In this document: positions 17,162 through 26,981 of the stretch, one piece after another | Position numbering within the stretch: position 1 is the stretch's first letter | How the letters are laid out: every line of letters begins with the position of its first letter | Assembly (NCBI GenBank): GCA_021498095.1 | Contig: JAIZWK010000001.1 | Coordinates: 3,540,001-3,572,000 of the forward strand | From: Candidatus Harpocratesius repetitus | GTDB taxonomy: Archaea; Asgardarchaeota; Lokiarchaeia; Sigyniarchaeales; Promethearchaeaceae | Direction of reading: 5' to 3' | DNA length: 32,000 nt | Program-made: the position numbers and the translations under genes | Notes under the pieces: model-generated | Seen by the model: only the letters and a program-made list of their open reading frames with translations | What the model was told of the DNA's origin: nothing | The model's database searches: none

Positions 17162-20100
17162 CTAAAAATTATTTTTAATTTCTCCTTTTTCTATCTTCGT
17201 TTTTATCTTCTTTCTTTTCACTTTATTATAGATTATATATATGAAAAATTCTATTACAAGCCAAAATACCGCAATTGGAATTGATTTTAATTCATTATAA
17301 TAAAAATCGCGATTTACAGGTTGATCAATTTCAAAATTTGGTTGAAAAATTACAAGCGATTCGCCGTTAGTTGAAATGGAGAAACTTAACCCAAATGGAG
17401 AAGAAGAAGAGAATTTCAAAATATTATTGGTATAAGCACTGTAATAATTCTTAAAGAATAGTGGTTCAATTAGATACTTGATTTCAATTTTAGAAGCATT
17501 AACTCTTGCATTTTTGAGAAGGATTGAAAGGTCTTCTAAGAGATAAAAGGAAATATGAGAGATATTTTGAATTATATTGGTCGAATTGGCACATTTTATT
17601 TCAATTTCATTATTTTCTTCATTATCAGAGGAAAAATAAATCTGAAAAGTATTATTCTGAATTAATTGAGGATAGGTAAAGCCCTTTTTAGTTTCTTCAA
17701 CTGAGAGTATAGCTTGTGATTGTTGTAATGTAATATTTCCTGATTTCATAATTCTAAATTGATATATATCCGGTATGATTTTTTCTGTGTTATTTTTAAA
17801 AAATACTTTAATTTTTTCAATATTACAAGCATCGTCAGCAGGAATAATAATATTTTCAGCGGTAATTGTGGATTCTAACAAGAAAACTTGATCAATTGGA
17901 ATGCTTTGTTCCAAATATTCATATGCTAAAGAAGCATTAAATTGATCAATATTTATTAATTTTAAGAACTCTTCCCAAAATAATTCGTTGAAGAAAAGAG
18001 AAACAGTATAATTTAATGAAGAAGATGAGATTAATGGATAAATATTTATGTATATTAGTTGTCCAGCTCCCAAATTTTTCTTTAATATAAATGGAACAGA
18101 TTGATCTGAATTCGAGTAATTTGCTAAAATCGAGATATTATCATCTTTTGCTTGAAGAAATTCAACAAACAATGAGTTAATTGAAAACTCTGAGGAATTA
18201 AATTGAATCTGATTAATTTCTATTTTATTTAGTTCTGTGTCAAAAGATGAGTTTATTTCATAAAAATCTGAAGCAAAATTATAATATCCATTGGAATTAA
18301 AGATGATCAAATTTTTCCCATCTTCAACATATTGATAATAAATATCTTTGGACTGTAAATTTGGATAGTATTTCGTGCAAAAATTATTCGTAATATTAAT
18401 AGATAGATGATTATCTCCTATACTATTTAAATATTGAAAACCAATTACAGTTGTTGGATATATCCCTGAAATATTAAAGAATTTCTCATCATTCAAATAG
18501 AAATTAAATATTCCATCAATAAATTGAGCAGTAAATGAAAAAATGCTTGAAATATTAGATTTTAAAACGTTATAATTAGAAAAATTACTTTTATTATCAG
18601 TGAATTCATCATGGAAATAACAAAATATTTCTCCTTGTGTTGTATAATTGAACACGATCTCTGAATAAACTTGTTTTAAATCACGTTTAAATAAAAATTT
18701 CATTTGAGATTGAGTAGAATTAGTGAAATTTGTCCAATTTATATTAAAAGTGAGATTAAATTTTGCAAGCTCTTGAGGAAAGGTAATATTTGATACTCGC
18801 TGAATATCATAGTTACCATTGATTTCAATTAAATTAGTCCAATTTATTATCCATACTCCTTTCTTTTCAAATTTTCTAAAATCCAATACCCCAACCTCTG
18901 ATTTGTTAGGAATATCATAGCTAAGAATTAAGTTAGAATAATCATCTAGGAATTCTCCATCTGATGCAAGTGAAATATTAACATTTCCTTGCGATATCAG
19001 GGAAGTAATTAAATTAGATTTTGATTCGTTTTCAAAAATATCATCAATTGGATAAATTAACGAAGTTTTGCTGTTTAGAGCCGGAAATGAAATATGAGAA
19101 ATATCATATATCGCGACTTCGCTGTTTTCAAAAATCTTTGGGACTAGTTTAATAAAAGATCCTAAAAAAGACAAATAAGCTTTTTCAAGATATTTTAGAT
19201 CATCACTTGATAAATAAAGATATACATTTTCATACGAAAAAATATTACGCCAATAATGCGCTTTATGTACTTCTTGAAGAAAAGGTGTAGGATTTGGTGT
19301 TTCGGAGATTGTTTCTGGAAGTAAAACTAAATTTGCAGGACCAACAGTATTAACTTTTTCAAATGTCTTCATTGAAATAGTTAAAATTGCAGTTGAAGGA
19401 TTCTGATCAAGTAAATCTGATAGATTATCAATTCCTTCATAAATATCATGCCAATTATCATCTAATTTTATAATCCTATAAGGAACAGAAATTGCCCAAC
19501 GAACTTCTAAATTAAGAAGTACAATAGTGAAATTTGAAAAAAAAACCAACAAGACTAAAGAATACCCCTTAAAATTATGTTTAATATGAATAAAACTGCT
19601 TTTTAGGTTTGATAATTTAAAGTTCTGACAGTATTTATCAAAAATACTAAGAAAAAGTAAAGGAGTCAAGATAACAAATGGAATAATAATAAAAGTTTCA
19701 AACCGAGTCTCCCAATAAACCGGACTCTCAGGAAAAAGAAAAATATTGATGAATGTGATTAATCGTCCAATTAAAAAAGAATAAATTGAGAAAACAAGCA
19801 CAAAATTAAATTCACGAATCATGACCGATTTCTTAGAATTTGCTTTAAGATTTCTGAGATAAAGATAATAAAAACCACACAAACCAAGAAACCCAAGTCT
19901 TAATCCTTGAAAAAACCAAGGAATCTGCCGATATGGATTCAATATAAAAAAACTAATATCATATGAATCCCAAAGTGTAATCCAAGTTAAGATTGCAGTA
20001 ATGAGAAAGATTAATCCAATAATCGGAAATAAATAAATTATCTTTCTTTGAGTTTCAGAATTTAAGATAAGAAAATCGTTTTGATTCTCAGAGGATTTCT

Positions 20101-21622
20101 TAAGTAATCGGGGTAACCATTTTATACGAAAAATTATACTAATTACGATGATAAAGAGATTTAATCCAAGGATTGCAAAATAAATTGTGGGAATCTTATG
20201 TTTTAATAAATTTAACCCAGTAAATCCAAGGATTGCAAGAAATGTACTAATCATTGAAGCGAACAATGATGAATTTATCCGATATTGCTCGGACCTATAG
20301 AATAATCCCCAACACCCCAGAAAAAAAGCAAAAATCGTAGCTTCCACCACATGAATAAAATACATCGCAGTTAAAAATAGTGAGAAAATCAAGAGAAAAT
20401 TCTTTTGAGAGAGTTTAAAATTTCGTAAGAGTTGAAGAAGAAAGAAAAATACGAACATTGAAACCATTATTGGCTTAAAATATGAAGGAATAAAGCCATA
20501 TGAATTTGATTTGAATGTTTGATAAAATACAGTGTTGATTAGGTTATTATACATTAATGATTGACCTAAAATTATCTCAATTTTTGTTTTAACATAGTAA
20601 ATCCATCCAATTCCTCCTAATGAACCCAACATATAAATCATAGTTGCAAATATTGGAAGTCGAGAATCTTTTTGATTGAAAAATCGTTTCACAAACACAT
20701 AGAAAAAAAGAGGGTAAAAATACGTTATAAACACTAAGCAAACTTGGATAATTTCCATATTTGAGCGAGCAGAATAAATAAAAGCGGATTCAAACAAATG
20801 TGCTAAGAAATTTCCCCAATTGACATTTAAATATAAATCCAGATCTCTTCCCAGTAAGACTGCATAGGCATAGTGGCGTTGAATATCAATATAAGAATAA
20901 CTAATTGCAGGAAGAGTTAGAATATGAGAAAAAGTGAAGAATAACAAAATAATTAAAATTCCATACTTATCTTTCCTGGTAGAAAATGATTTTGGAATCT
21001 TGAATTCTGCTTTTCTAAGTTTTAATTTTGAACTAGATTTTAAAATTAAATTTATTATTGACAAAATTAAGTAAAAACTCATAAAAACTAAGGATTTTTG
21101 ATTAATATCCATAAGTAAGAGGAAAAGCCAAAAAATCCCTGCAAAAATATAATTAAAAATTAGAATAAACAAAAGAAATTCAAGATTCGAGAAAGATTCT
21201 CGCAAGTTTTTCTTATTTTCAAAAACAACAAATCCAGGTAAAAGAAGAATTATTGAAAGAGTCAATATTCCACGAATAAATTCAAAAAACAAGAAATTAA
21301 AGATATTTTGAACCACTAAGAATAGACAAATTACTACAAAACCATAATTAAATAAAAAATAGAACTTATTTTTTTCTTTCTCAAATAATGGTAATTTTCT
21401 TTGAGAAGAAGTAAAAGAAATATCACCAGAGTTTTTATTATCAATCATCAGAATTTTCCTTATTACGATGAAAGCTCCGATAATCAATGGTAAATAAAAA
21501 TATTTCAATGGATTTTCAATTAACCAAATGTAAAAAATTGACACAACAAACAAGAAAATACTTAACATAGCATCATGAGACTTAATTTCTGGGATTTTGA
21601 TTTTCATTCTGTTTATCATCAA
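17162..21622 (-). CDS. 1486-aa polytopic membrane protein: GT-C-like N-terminal half, large N-sequon-rich ectodomain, C-terminal TM helix
   Basis: Many TM helices in the first ~710 aa with a D...H loop (YIDIQRHY), HVVE and ETRF motifs shared with the 838-aa paralog; about 28 N-X-S/T sequons (hand count) after the last core TM; terminal TM followed by KVKRKKIK. Confidence 0.6.
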   Translation of the reverse strand: MMINRMKIKIPEIKSHDAMLSIFLFVVSIFYIWLIENPLKYFYLPLIIGAFIVIRKILMIDNKNSGDISFTSSQRKLPLFEKEKNKFYFLFNYGFVVICLFLVVQNIFNFLFFEFIRGILTLSIILLLPGFVVFENKKNLRESFSNLEFLLFILIFNYIFAGIFWLFLLLMDINQKSLVFMSFYLILSIINLILKSSSKLKLRKAEFKIPKSFSTRKDKYGILIILLFFTFSHILTLPAISYSYIDIQRHYAYAVLLGRDLDLYLNVNWGNFLAHLFESAFIYSARSNMEIIQVCLVFITYFYPLFFYVFVKRFFNQKDSRLPIFATMIYMLGSLGGIGWIYYVKTKIEIILGQSLMYNNLINTVFYQTFKSNSYGFIPSYFKPIMVSMFVFFFLLQLLRNFKLSQKNFLLIFSLFLTAMYFIHVVEATIFAFFLGCWGLFYRSEQYRINSSLFASMISTFLAILGFTGLNLLKHKIPTIYFAILGLNLFIIVISIIFRIKWLPRLLKKSSENQNDFLILNSETQRKIIYLFPIIGLIFLITAILTWITLWDSYDISFFILNPYRQIPWFFQGLRLGFLGLCGFYYLYLRNLKANSKKSVMIREFNFVLVFSIYSFLIGRLITFINIFLFPESPVYWETRFETFIIIPFVILTPLLFLSIFDKYCQNFKLSNLKSSFIHIKHNFKGYSLVLLVFFSNFTIVLLNLEVRWAISVPYRIIKLDDNWHDIYEGIDNLSDLLDQNPSTAILTISMKTFEKVNTVGPANLVLLPETISETPNPTPFLQEVHKAHYWRNIFSYENVYLYLSSDDLKYLEKAYLSFLGSFIKLVPKIFENSEVAIYDISHISFPALNSKTSLIYPIDDIFENESKSNLITSLISQGNVNISLASDGEFLDDYSNLILSYDIPNKSEVGVLDFRKFEKKGVWIINWTNLIEINGNYDIQRVSNITFPQELAKFNLTFNINWTNFTNSTQSQMKFLFKRDLKQVYSEIVFNYTTQGEIFCYFHDEFTDNKSNFSNYNVLKSNISSIFSFTAQFIDGIFNFYLNDEKFFNISGIYPTTVIGFQYLNSIGDNHLSINITNNFCTKYYPNLQSKDIYYQYVEDGKNLIIFNSNGYYNFASDFYEINSSFDTELNKIEINQIQFNSSEFSINSLFVEFLQAKDDNISILANYSNSDQSVPFILKKNLGAGQLIYINIYPLISSSSLNYTVSLFFNELFWEEFLKLINIDQFNASLAYEYLEQSIPIDQVFLLESTITAENIIIPADDACNIEKIKVFFKNNTEKIIPDIYQFRIMKSGNITLQQSQAILSVEETKKGFTYPQLIQNNTFQIYFSSDNEENNEIEIKCANSTNIIQNISHISFYLLEDLSILLKNARVNASKIEIKYLIEPLFFKNYYSAYTNNILKFSSSSPFGLSFSISTNGESLVIFQPNFEIDQPVNRDFYYNELKSIPIAVFWLVIEFFIYIIYNKVKRKKIKTKIEKGEIKNNF

Positions 21623-21688
21623 ACCTTTACATTTTATCTTGAAATTTTTCCAAATATTTAATTTTTTTATTTTTTTTTAATCATGGAT

Positions 21689-24208
21689 TTAATTATTAAG
21701 CCAATAAAGAACTCGTTGATCCATTCCTCCAACAGCAACTCGATTAATATAAATAGCATCAAAGGGGACTAATAATTGGTTCTCTGATATAATTCCAAAA
21801 TACTTTAAATCAGTTAAATATACGCCTTCTGTAGAATAACTCGCATCATAATAAATAAAAACATTCTTTATTCCTTTGACTTCTCTCAATTCACTTAATA
21901 ATTCAGTCGCATTGACACTAAATTTAAGTATTCCATTTTGACTTTCCCATAAATATTCAAATTCATCCACAGAGTATATATTTCTTTCGTATCCTGTATA
22001 ATAATTGTAAGGATGCTTCCATTTAAACCCACCAATTATATAACTTGATGAATTTTGAGTAGTGCTATTGGTTCTTTCATTTTGATTTAATATAAAAAAC
22101 GTTGAATTTGAAATAAAGTCATTTTCTGAAGTCGTAATATATGCTTTAAGCTGAATTTGATAAATCATTCCAATTATTGTCGAAAAAAGTAGGAAAATAA
22201 CTAAAACTCTCTGAAAAACAAGTTTCTTGAATTTTTTATCGACATTATAAGATAAGTATAAACCAAATCCAATAAAAAAGTAAAAGCTGAACAATTGAAT
22301 AACTCGATTAATGAAGGTAGAAGATGTTCCAATGAAAATCAATAAAATAATTAGACAAGATATGCAAATTATATGCAAATAATGTAGTTTTCCTAAAAAA
22401 TCATAATTCCGAAATAAAATAAATGCAACATAACTACTACTAATAATTACACCTGCAATGAAAATTACAAGGATAATTAAGCGAGTATTTGTCGGAAATC
22501 TGTAAGAATTATGCATATTCAAGAAAATTAGCAGTATACAAACAATTATAATCGCTATTGGGAGAAATAATTGAAGGAAATATCTACGCTCAAATTTCAC
22601 TGCAGCACCTGATTTTGGAAAATTAAAAATTACTTTATCTTTAGATTTTAGATTGAAACTATCTTTATTTATAAAACGCTCGAAATATATTAATGCAACT
22701 CCTATTAAGGGAATAGAAATGATGAAAATAAGTGCTTTTAGAGAATTTTCAAATAAATCTGATTTTAGGAAAAGTGATAGAGAATAAGGATTGAAAAATA
22801 ATTGAGTAACAAGACCACATAAATAAAGTAATAAAAGTTTGATAAAGGATCTGTTTCGAATCACGACAAATATTAATGCTCCAATTAAAGGAAGTAAATA
22901 AAAAAGAGTATTTACTACGTGGGTTGAAATGGATGCAACAATAAGAATAATTTGAATGATAAAAAATTTAGTATTTTTTGCTTGAGTTTTAATTTTTATT
23001 TTTTTATCTTTTAAATATCCTTTTATTAAGTGCTTTTCAATTGATTGTTCATCTTTTTCTTGTATCCTTTCTAAATTATCTATTTTAGATTCATTTTTTT
23101 CAAATGATACTACTTCTTCTAATTTTTCTTCATTTGAACATGTAGGCGTAAAATTATTGTTATTAGAATGAAAACTATTTGACTGAATTCTTTTCATTTC
23201 AACAAAGAAATTAAGATACAATTGAAAACCGAATAAAGTTGAAAGAGCTGTGGGCCAAAATTGTGAGAAATTAATTAAAGTTCCTAATGCAGTTAATGAA
23301 AATATAAATGTGGATAGAATCGCAATAGTCCTTCCTTTTTTTTCAGGTAAGACAATTCTCATGAAATTAAAGAAAATCAAACAAGCTAATGGTATTTGAA
23401 ATAATCCAATCCAACGTCCAATTGTAAATGTATCTTGTCCAGAAGCAAGTGTTAGTAATGCTCCGATGAAATGATATGATAAGTTTCCTCGATAACTTGC
23501 TTTAAGAAATTGAAATTGATTTGTCAAAAAAGCTTGACTAAGTTTAATATGATACCAATCATCTTCAACAGGAAAAAATGGATAATGAAGACCTGCAAAT
23601 AAACTTAAAAGAAAAATAAATGTTGTAAGAAAAATAATGTCTTTTTTATTTGATCTATATATTGATCTGAAAAATGATGTGAAAAATGATGTGAAAAATG
23701 ATTTAATTTTTGATTTAACTATCAAAACACGATTTGAAAAAGAGTTTTGAAAGATTTGATGTTCAGGATTTTTAATTTTCTGGGAAGATCCTATTCTGGT
23801 TGATATAGATGAGTATTCATTCATATTCTTTTTAACATTACTAACTATAATATTTCCAATTAAAGGTATATAAAAAATCTCATAGATAAGCACCAAAGAC
23901 CACTTACTAAATGGAAAATTAAAAATAAGGAATAATTCAGCCCATATCGCCCAATAACATAAATTTAATAATAGACCATTCGAAATATTAGTTAAATTTC
24001 GCCAGTCATTATTGAATAATCCATAGGAAAGAAGCAATCCAGGCAAAACAACCCAAATAATAGCAGCAAAAAAAAAGGATAGAATTTTTAATAATTCTCC
24101 TTGAAATGTTGGAATTATAAAAATTGTGAAAGGGAATAATAAAACAATTGTGATTATAAATATCAAAGTAGAATATGGGTAGGATTTTCTGCTTCTCGTT
24201 TTATTCAC
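21689..24208 (-). CDS. 839-aa polytopic membrane protein, GT-C-like
   Basis: LPGLLL helix, first-loop motif PVEDDWYH, THVVN helix, terminal NRVIQ helix and a small C-terminal soluble domain with sequons; GTG start. Confidence 0.6.
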   Translation of the reverse strand: MNKTRSRKSYPYSTLIFIITIVLLFPFTIFIIPTFQGELLKILSFFFAAIIWVVLPGLLLSYGLFNNDWRNLTNISNGLLLNLCYWAIWAELFLIFNFPFSKWSLVLIYEIFYIPLIGNIIVSNVKKNMNEYSSISTRIGSSQKIKNPEHQIFQNSFSNRVLIVKSKIKSFFTSFFTSFFRSIYRSNKKDIIFLTTFIFLLSLFAGLHYPFFPVEDDWYHIKLSQAFLTNQFQFLKASYRGNLSYHFIGALLTLASGQDTFTIGRWIGLFQIPLACLIFFNFMRIVLPEKKGRTIAILSTFIFSLTALGTLINFSQFWPTALSTLFGFQLYLNFFVEMKRIQSNSFHSNNNNFTPTCSNEEKLEEVVSFEKNESKIDNLERIQEKDEQSIEKHLIKGYLKDKKIKIKTQAKNTKFFIIQIILIVASISTHVVNTLFYLLPLIGALIFVVIRNRSFIKLLLLYLCGLVTQLFFNPYSLSLFLKSDLFENSLKALIFIISIPLIGVALIYFERFINKDSFNLKSKDKVIFNFPKSGAAVKFERRYFLQLFLPIAIIIVCILLIFLNMHNSYRFPTNTRLIILVIFIAGVIISSSYVAFILFRNYDFLGKLHYLHIICISCLIILLIFIGTSSTFINRVIQLFSFYFFIGFGLYLSYNVDKKFKKLVFQRVLVIFLLFSTIIGMIYQIQLKAYITTSENDFISNSTFFILNQNERTNSTTQNSSSYIIGGFKWKHPYNYYTGYERNIYSVDEFEYLWESQNGILKFSVNATELLSELREVKGIKNVFIYYDASYSTEGVYLTDLKYFGIISENQLLVPFDAIYINRVAVGGMDQRVLYWLNN
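23668..23702. repeat. In-frame 12-bp tandem repeat (TGAAAAATGATG x~2.9) encoding SFFT-SFFT-SFF
   Basis: Read directly from the sequence. Confidence 0.9.
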
Positions 24209-24451
24209 TCCAGCACTATAGACAATGAAAAATTATTAAAATAAAACACTTCCTTCGTAATAAAGTATAATATATTAGAGCATAGTATTAAATAGAAGAT
24301 TATCCATTTTTGGCTTAATCAACAACGCGATATACTCGTAGATGTGATGTGATATGATGTATATTTTAAAAAAATACAAGACAATTGCATAATGCATTTT
24401 TAATACCTTTCTTTTTCTAATCTTAAACCCTTTTCTCCTAATCTAAAGAAA

Positions 24452-24459
24452 AATAGAAA
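24452..24459. repeat. Left target-site duplication AATAGAAA
   Basis: Identical 8-mer immediately outside both TIRs. Confidence 0.85.
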
Positions 24460-24484
24460 CAGTCTTCAAGGTTATAATCTAAAC
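24460..24484 (+). repeat. Left terminal inverted repeat CAGTCTTCAAGGTTATAATCTAAAC
   Basis: 22/25 match to the reverse complement of 25902-25926. Confidence 0.92.
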
Positions 24485-24554
24485 GACTCAATGCGACAAT
24501 AAGCGAAGACCGAAACAGTTTTGAAGGGAAAGAAGAATTTATAATTGATACATT

Positions 24555-25865
24555 ATGAGTTCTTTTACAAGAACGACGATTCCCCAATCGTCCCTCCCAA
24601 TTTTCCCTATAAATTTATTTCTCCGCGGAGAATTTAAATCTTATGTTAACAAGTTGGTTGGTCGATCGGAAATCGCTCAGAAATTTCGTCCAAGACTGTA
24701 TTCCTATTATGATTTCATCTTGGTCAAACTATTCGCCTTAGCCAGCAAGAAGTCCATTGATTATGCTTCAGATTATCTAAATAAACTACTTTCTAAGCAC
24801 TATCGAAAGAAATTCAATCTGAAATTGAAGACCTTTCGCGATGGAATTCGTAAAAGACGGTTAGTCCCCCATCAGACGGATGTTGACAAGTTTTTTAGGC
24901 GATTATCCGAGAATGATGTTCATTTTATCTTCGGAAACCTCCTAAACCATGTGAATCAAAAGATTCGAAGTCATTCGATTGGGGGGTCAAAAATGCGGTT
25001 GCTGGTCGACAACACAGAATATTCGTACTATGGAAAACTTAGACCGCCTTTTGAAGTTGGAACTCATAAACAACCAGGAACTCGTAAAGCTCGTCTGTTT
25101 CAAGGCATGGCAATTCAAGGATGTGGTATGACTTTGTTTTCAGAATTCCGACTCCTTCGTTATAAGCAATACCGTGCAAAGCATATTGGACTTTCCGCAA
25201 AGTGGCACAAATTTCAAGGATTCAACCTCAGTTATGCACTAATGGACCGCGAATTCTACCGCGCTTCGCTTATCAAAGAATTAAAAGATCAGAAACTCCC
25301 CGTTTTAATTCCTGCTAAAAAATTCCAGAAAGTTAAAAAGCATTTCGAGGAATTTTTGCATGGTAAAAGAGGATTATGTGAAAAGTATCTGTTCGCACAG
25401 ACTCCAAAGACCAAACCTTGGCCGAACTCCGTTCATGTGCATCTAGTATTAACCGCACATCGAAGTAAATCAGCCTTGCAGGTTCGTGAGCAATTCCGTA
25501 GAAAGAAACTTACATTTGATAAAGCAGTGGAAGAAATTGAAGGTTTTTTTACCACTCTTGATCCTCGAAAGAATTTAGCTCGATGGAGCCGCTGGCTCTC
25601 CAGAACTTATAAAAAAAGATGGTTCGAAGAAACTGGATTTCGCATGCTTAATTCTATCCATGAATCGTTCCGAAATCATCATCCATTCCCGCAATTAGCT
25701 CAGATTTATTTGAGATCTTATATTTTTAACTGTTGGCAATTTTACCGCAAGCAACAAATTAAATGTCACACCAAATTATGGAAAACGAGTTTAAATGTTT
25801 ATCAGTCAAGCTTAACTGATGTGATCGAGAGGGAAATGCTTGAAAGTACAAAAGAAAATGTGTAG
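24555..25865 (+). CDS. tnp: DDE transposase (ISH3-like/IS4 superfamily)
   Basis: LLVDNTEYSYYGK (D1), LMDREFY (D2), YKKRWFEETGFR (Y-x2-R-x3-E signature). Confidence 0.88.
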   Translation: MSSFTRTTIPQSSLPIFPINLFLRGEFKSYVNKLVGRSEIAQKFRPRLYSYYDFILVKLFALASKKSIDYASDYLNKLLSKHYRKKFNLKLKTFRDGIRKRRLVPHQTDVDKFFRRLSENDVHFIFGNLLNHVNQKIRSHSIGGSKMRLLVDNTEYSYYGKLRPPFEVGTHKQPGTRKARLFQGMAIQGCGMTLFSEFRLLRYKQYRAKHIGLSAKWHKFQGFNLSYALMDREFYRASLIKELKDQKLPVLIPAKKFQKVKKHFEEFLHGKRGLCEKYLFAQTPKTKPWPNSVHVHLVLTAHRSKSALQVREQFRRKKLTFDKAVEEIEGFFTTLDPRKNLARWSRWLSRTYKKRWFEETGFRMLNSIHESFRNHHPFPQLAQIYLRSYIFNCWQFYRKQQIKCHTKLWKTSLNVYQSSLTDVIEREMLESTKENV

Positions 25866-25901
25866 TTTTTACAAAAGGAAAAAAGGAGGCTGTTCTTTCA
25901 A

Positions 25902-25926
25902 GTTTAGAACATAACCTTAAAGACTG
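25902..25926 (-). repeat. Right terminal inverted repeat
   Basis: GTTTAGAACATAACCTTAAAGACTG; reverse complement CAGTCTTTAAGGTTATGTTCTAAAC. Confidence 0.92.
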
Positions 25927-25934
25927 AATAGAAA
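25927..25934. repeat. Right target-site duplication AATAGAAA
   Basis: Matches 24452-24459. Confidence 0.85.
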
Positions 25935-25986
25935 AAACATATTTTTAAATTTCTATCATAAAAATCTGAATGTTTAGTATTCTTTA

Positions 25987-26775
25987 TTAAATTACATTAA
26001 ATTTTCGTAAGTAATAATAGAAAAATCCCTTGATAATATCAAAGAATAGCAAAAATTTGCGCACATTTGATTTTCCAAAGCAACGTCCATGTAAATGAAT
26101 GGGGACTTCTTCAATCTTAAAATTGTAAATCGCTCCCAGCATTAGCAATTCCGTAGTAAATGCCATATCAAAAAATTGAATTTGTTCAAAAATCTTTTTG
26201 GTTTTCCGATGAAAAGCGCGAAAACCTCCTTGATTATTCTTAATTGATTGATGGAAGAATAACTTCAGGAAAATTTGAATGAAACTTTCACCTGCACGAT
26301 TTAAAAATGGAATGGGATAATAATATTCACCTTTATATCGGGAACCTATTATAATATCAGCATCGTTCTTTATAATGGATCGACAAAGGGCTGGAATATC
26401 TTCAGGATCATGTTGACCATCACCATCAATAGTTATAAAGATATCTCCTCTTGCGATTTTTAAACCATCTAAGATTGTCCGCCCATATCCTTGATTATTT
26501 TTATGATAGATAAAACGAATATCCCTTCTTTCCAATAATTTTTCGACAGTTCCATCTGTAGAACCATCATCCACAATAATTATTTCATAATTTGCTAATT
26601 TTAAACTATGAATTTTCTCAATAATTGGAATAATTGTGTTTGATTCATTATAACAAGGAATAATTATTGAAATAAAAGTAGATGGATAAAGTCCACTGGA
26701 TTTAAATGTAGAAATTGAAGTATTTTTGATAGCATTGTTTATAATCTCAGTGTTAACTATTGTATTACTAATCAT
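25987..26775 (-). CDS. GT2 glycosyltransferase, DPM1/polyprenol-phosphate sugar synthase-like
   Basis: ISIIIPCYNE, VDDGSTDGT, NQGYG, IDGDGQHDPEDI, IIIGSRY, QGGFRAF, KIEEVPI, RCFGKS. Confidence 0.85.
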   Translation of the reverse strand: MISNTIVNTEIINNAIKNTSISTFKSSGLYPSTFISIIIPCYNESNTIIPIIEKIHSLKLANYEIIIVDDGSTDGTVEKLLERRDIRFIYHKNNQGYGRTILDGLKIARGDIFITIDGDGQHDPEDIPALCRSIIKNDADIIIGSRYKGEYYYPIPFLNRAGESFIQIFLKLFFHQSIKNNQGGFRAFHRKTKKIFEQIQFFDMAFTTELLMLGAIYNFKIEEVPIHLHGRCFGKSNVRKFLLFFDIIKGFFYYYLRKFNVI

Positions 26776-26981
26776 TTTTTTTCATTAGATTTTTATTAAT
26801 AATTTTAAAAGAATTTAATAATTTATATTTTTACGCATTTCAATAAGCAGATTTTTTTTAATTTACACCTTTGTGTTGAGTATTATTACATTTAATACGA
26901 TTATAAAACTAAAAAGTATATTCATATTTAATATTATTTTCATTTCAAATTCATTGAAAATATTTCAAAAAAATTACAACA

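Larger units (their letters stand above)
24460..25926 (+). mobile_element. Insertion sequence, IS4 superfamily, ISH3-like, 1467 bp, apparently intact
   Basis: 25-bp TIRs with 3 mismatches and CAGT termini, an 8-bp flanking direct repeat and a single DDE transposase ORF. Confidence 0.92.

Noticed and set aside
24341-24397. GATGT microrepeat and TGCATAATGCA palindrome
   Set aside because: Short, low complexity and without supporting context.
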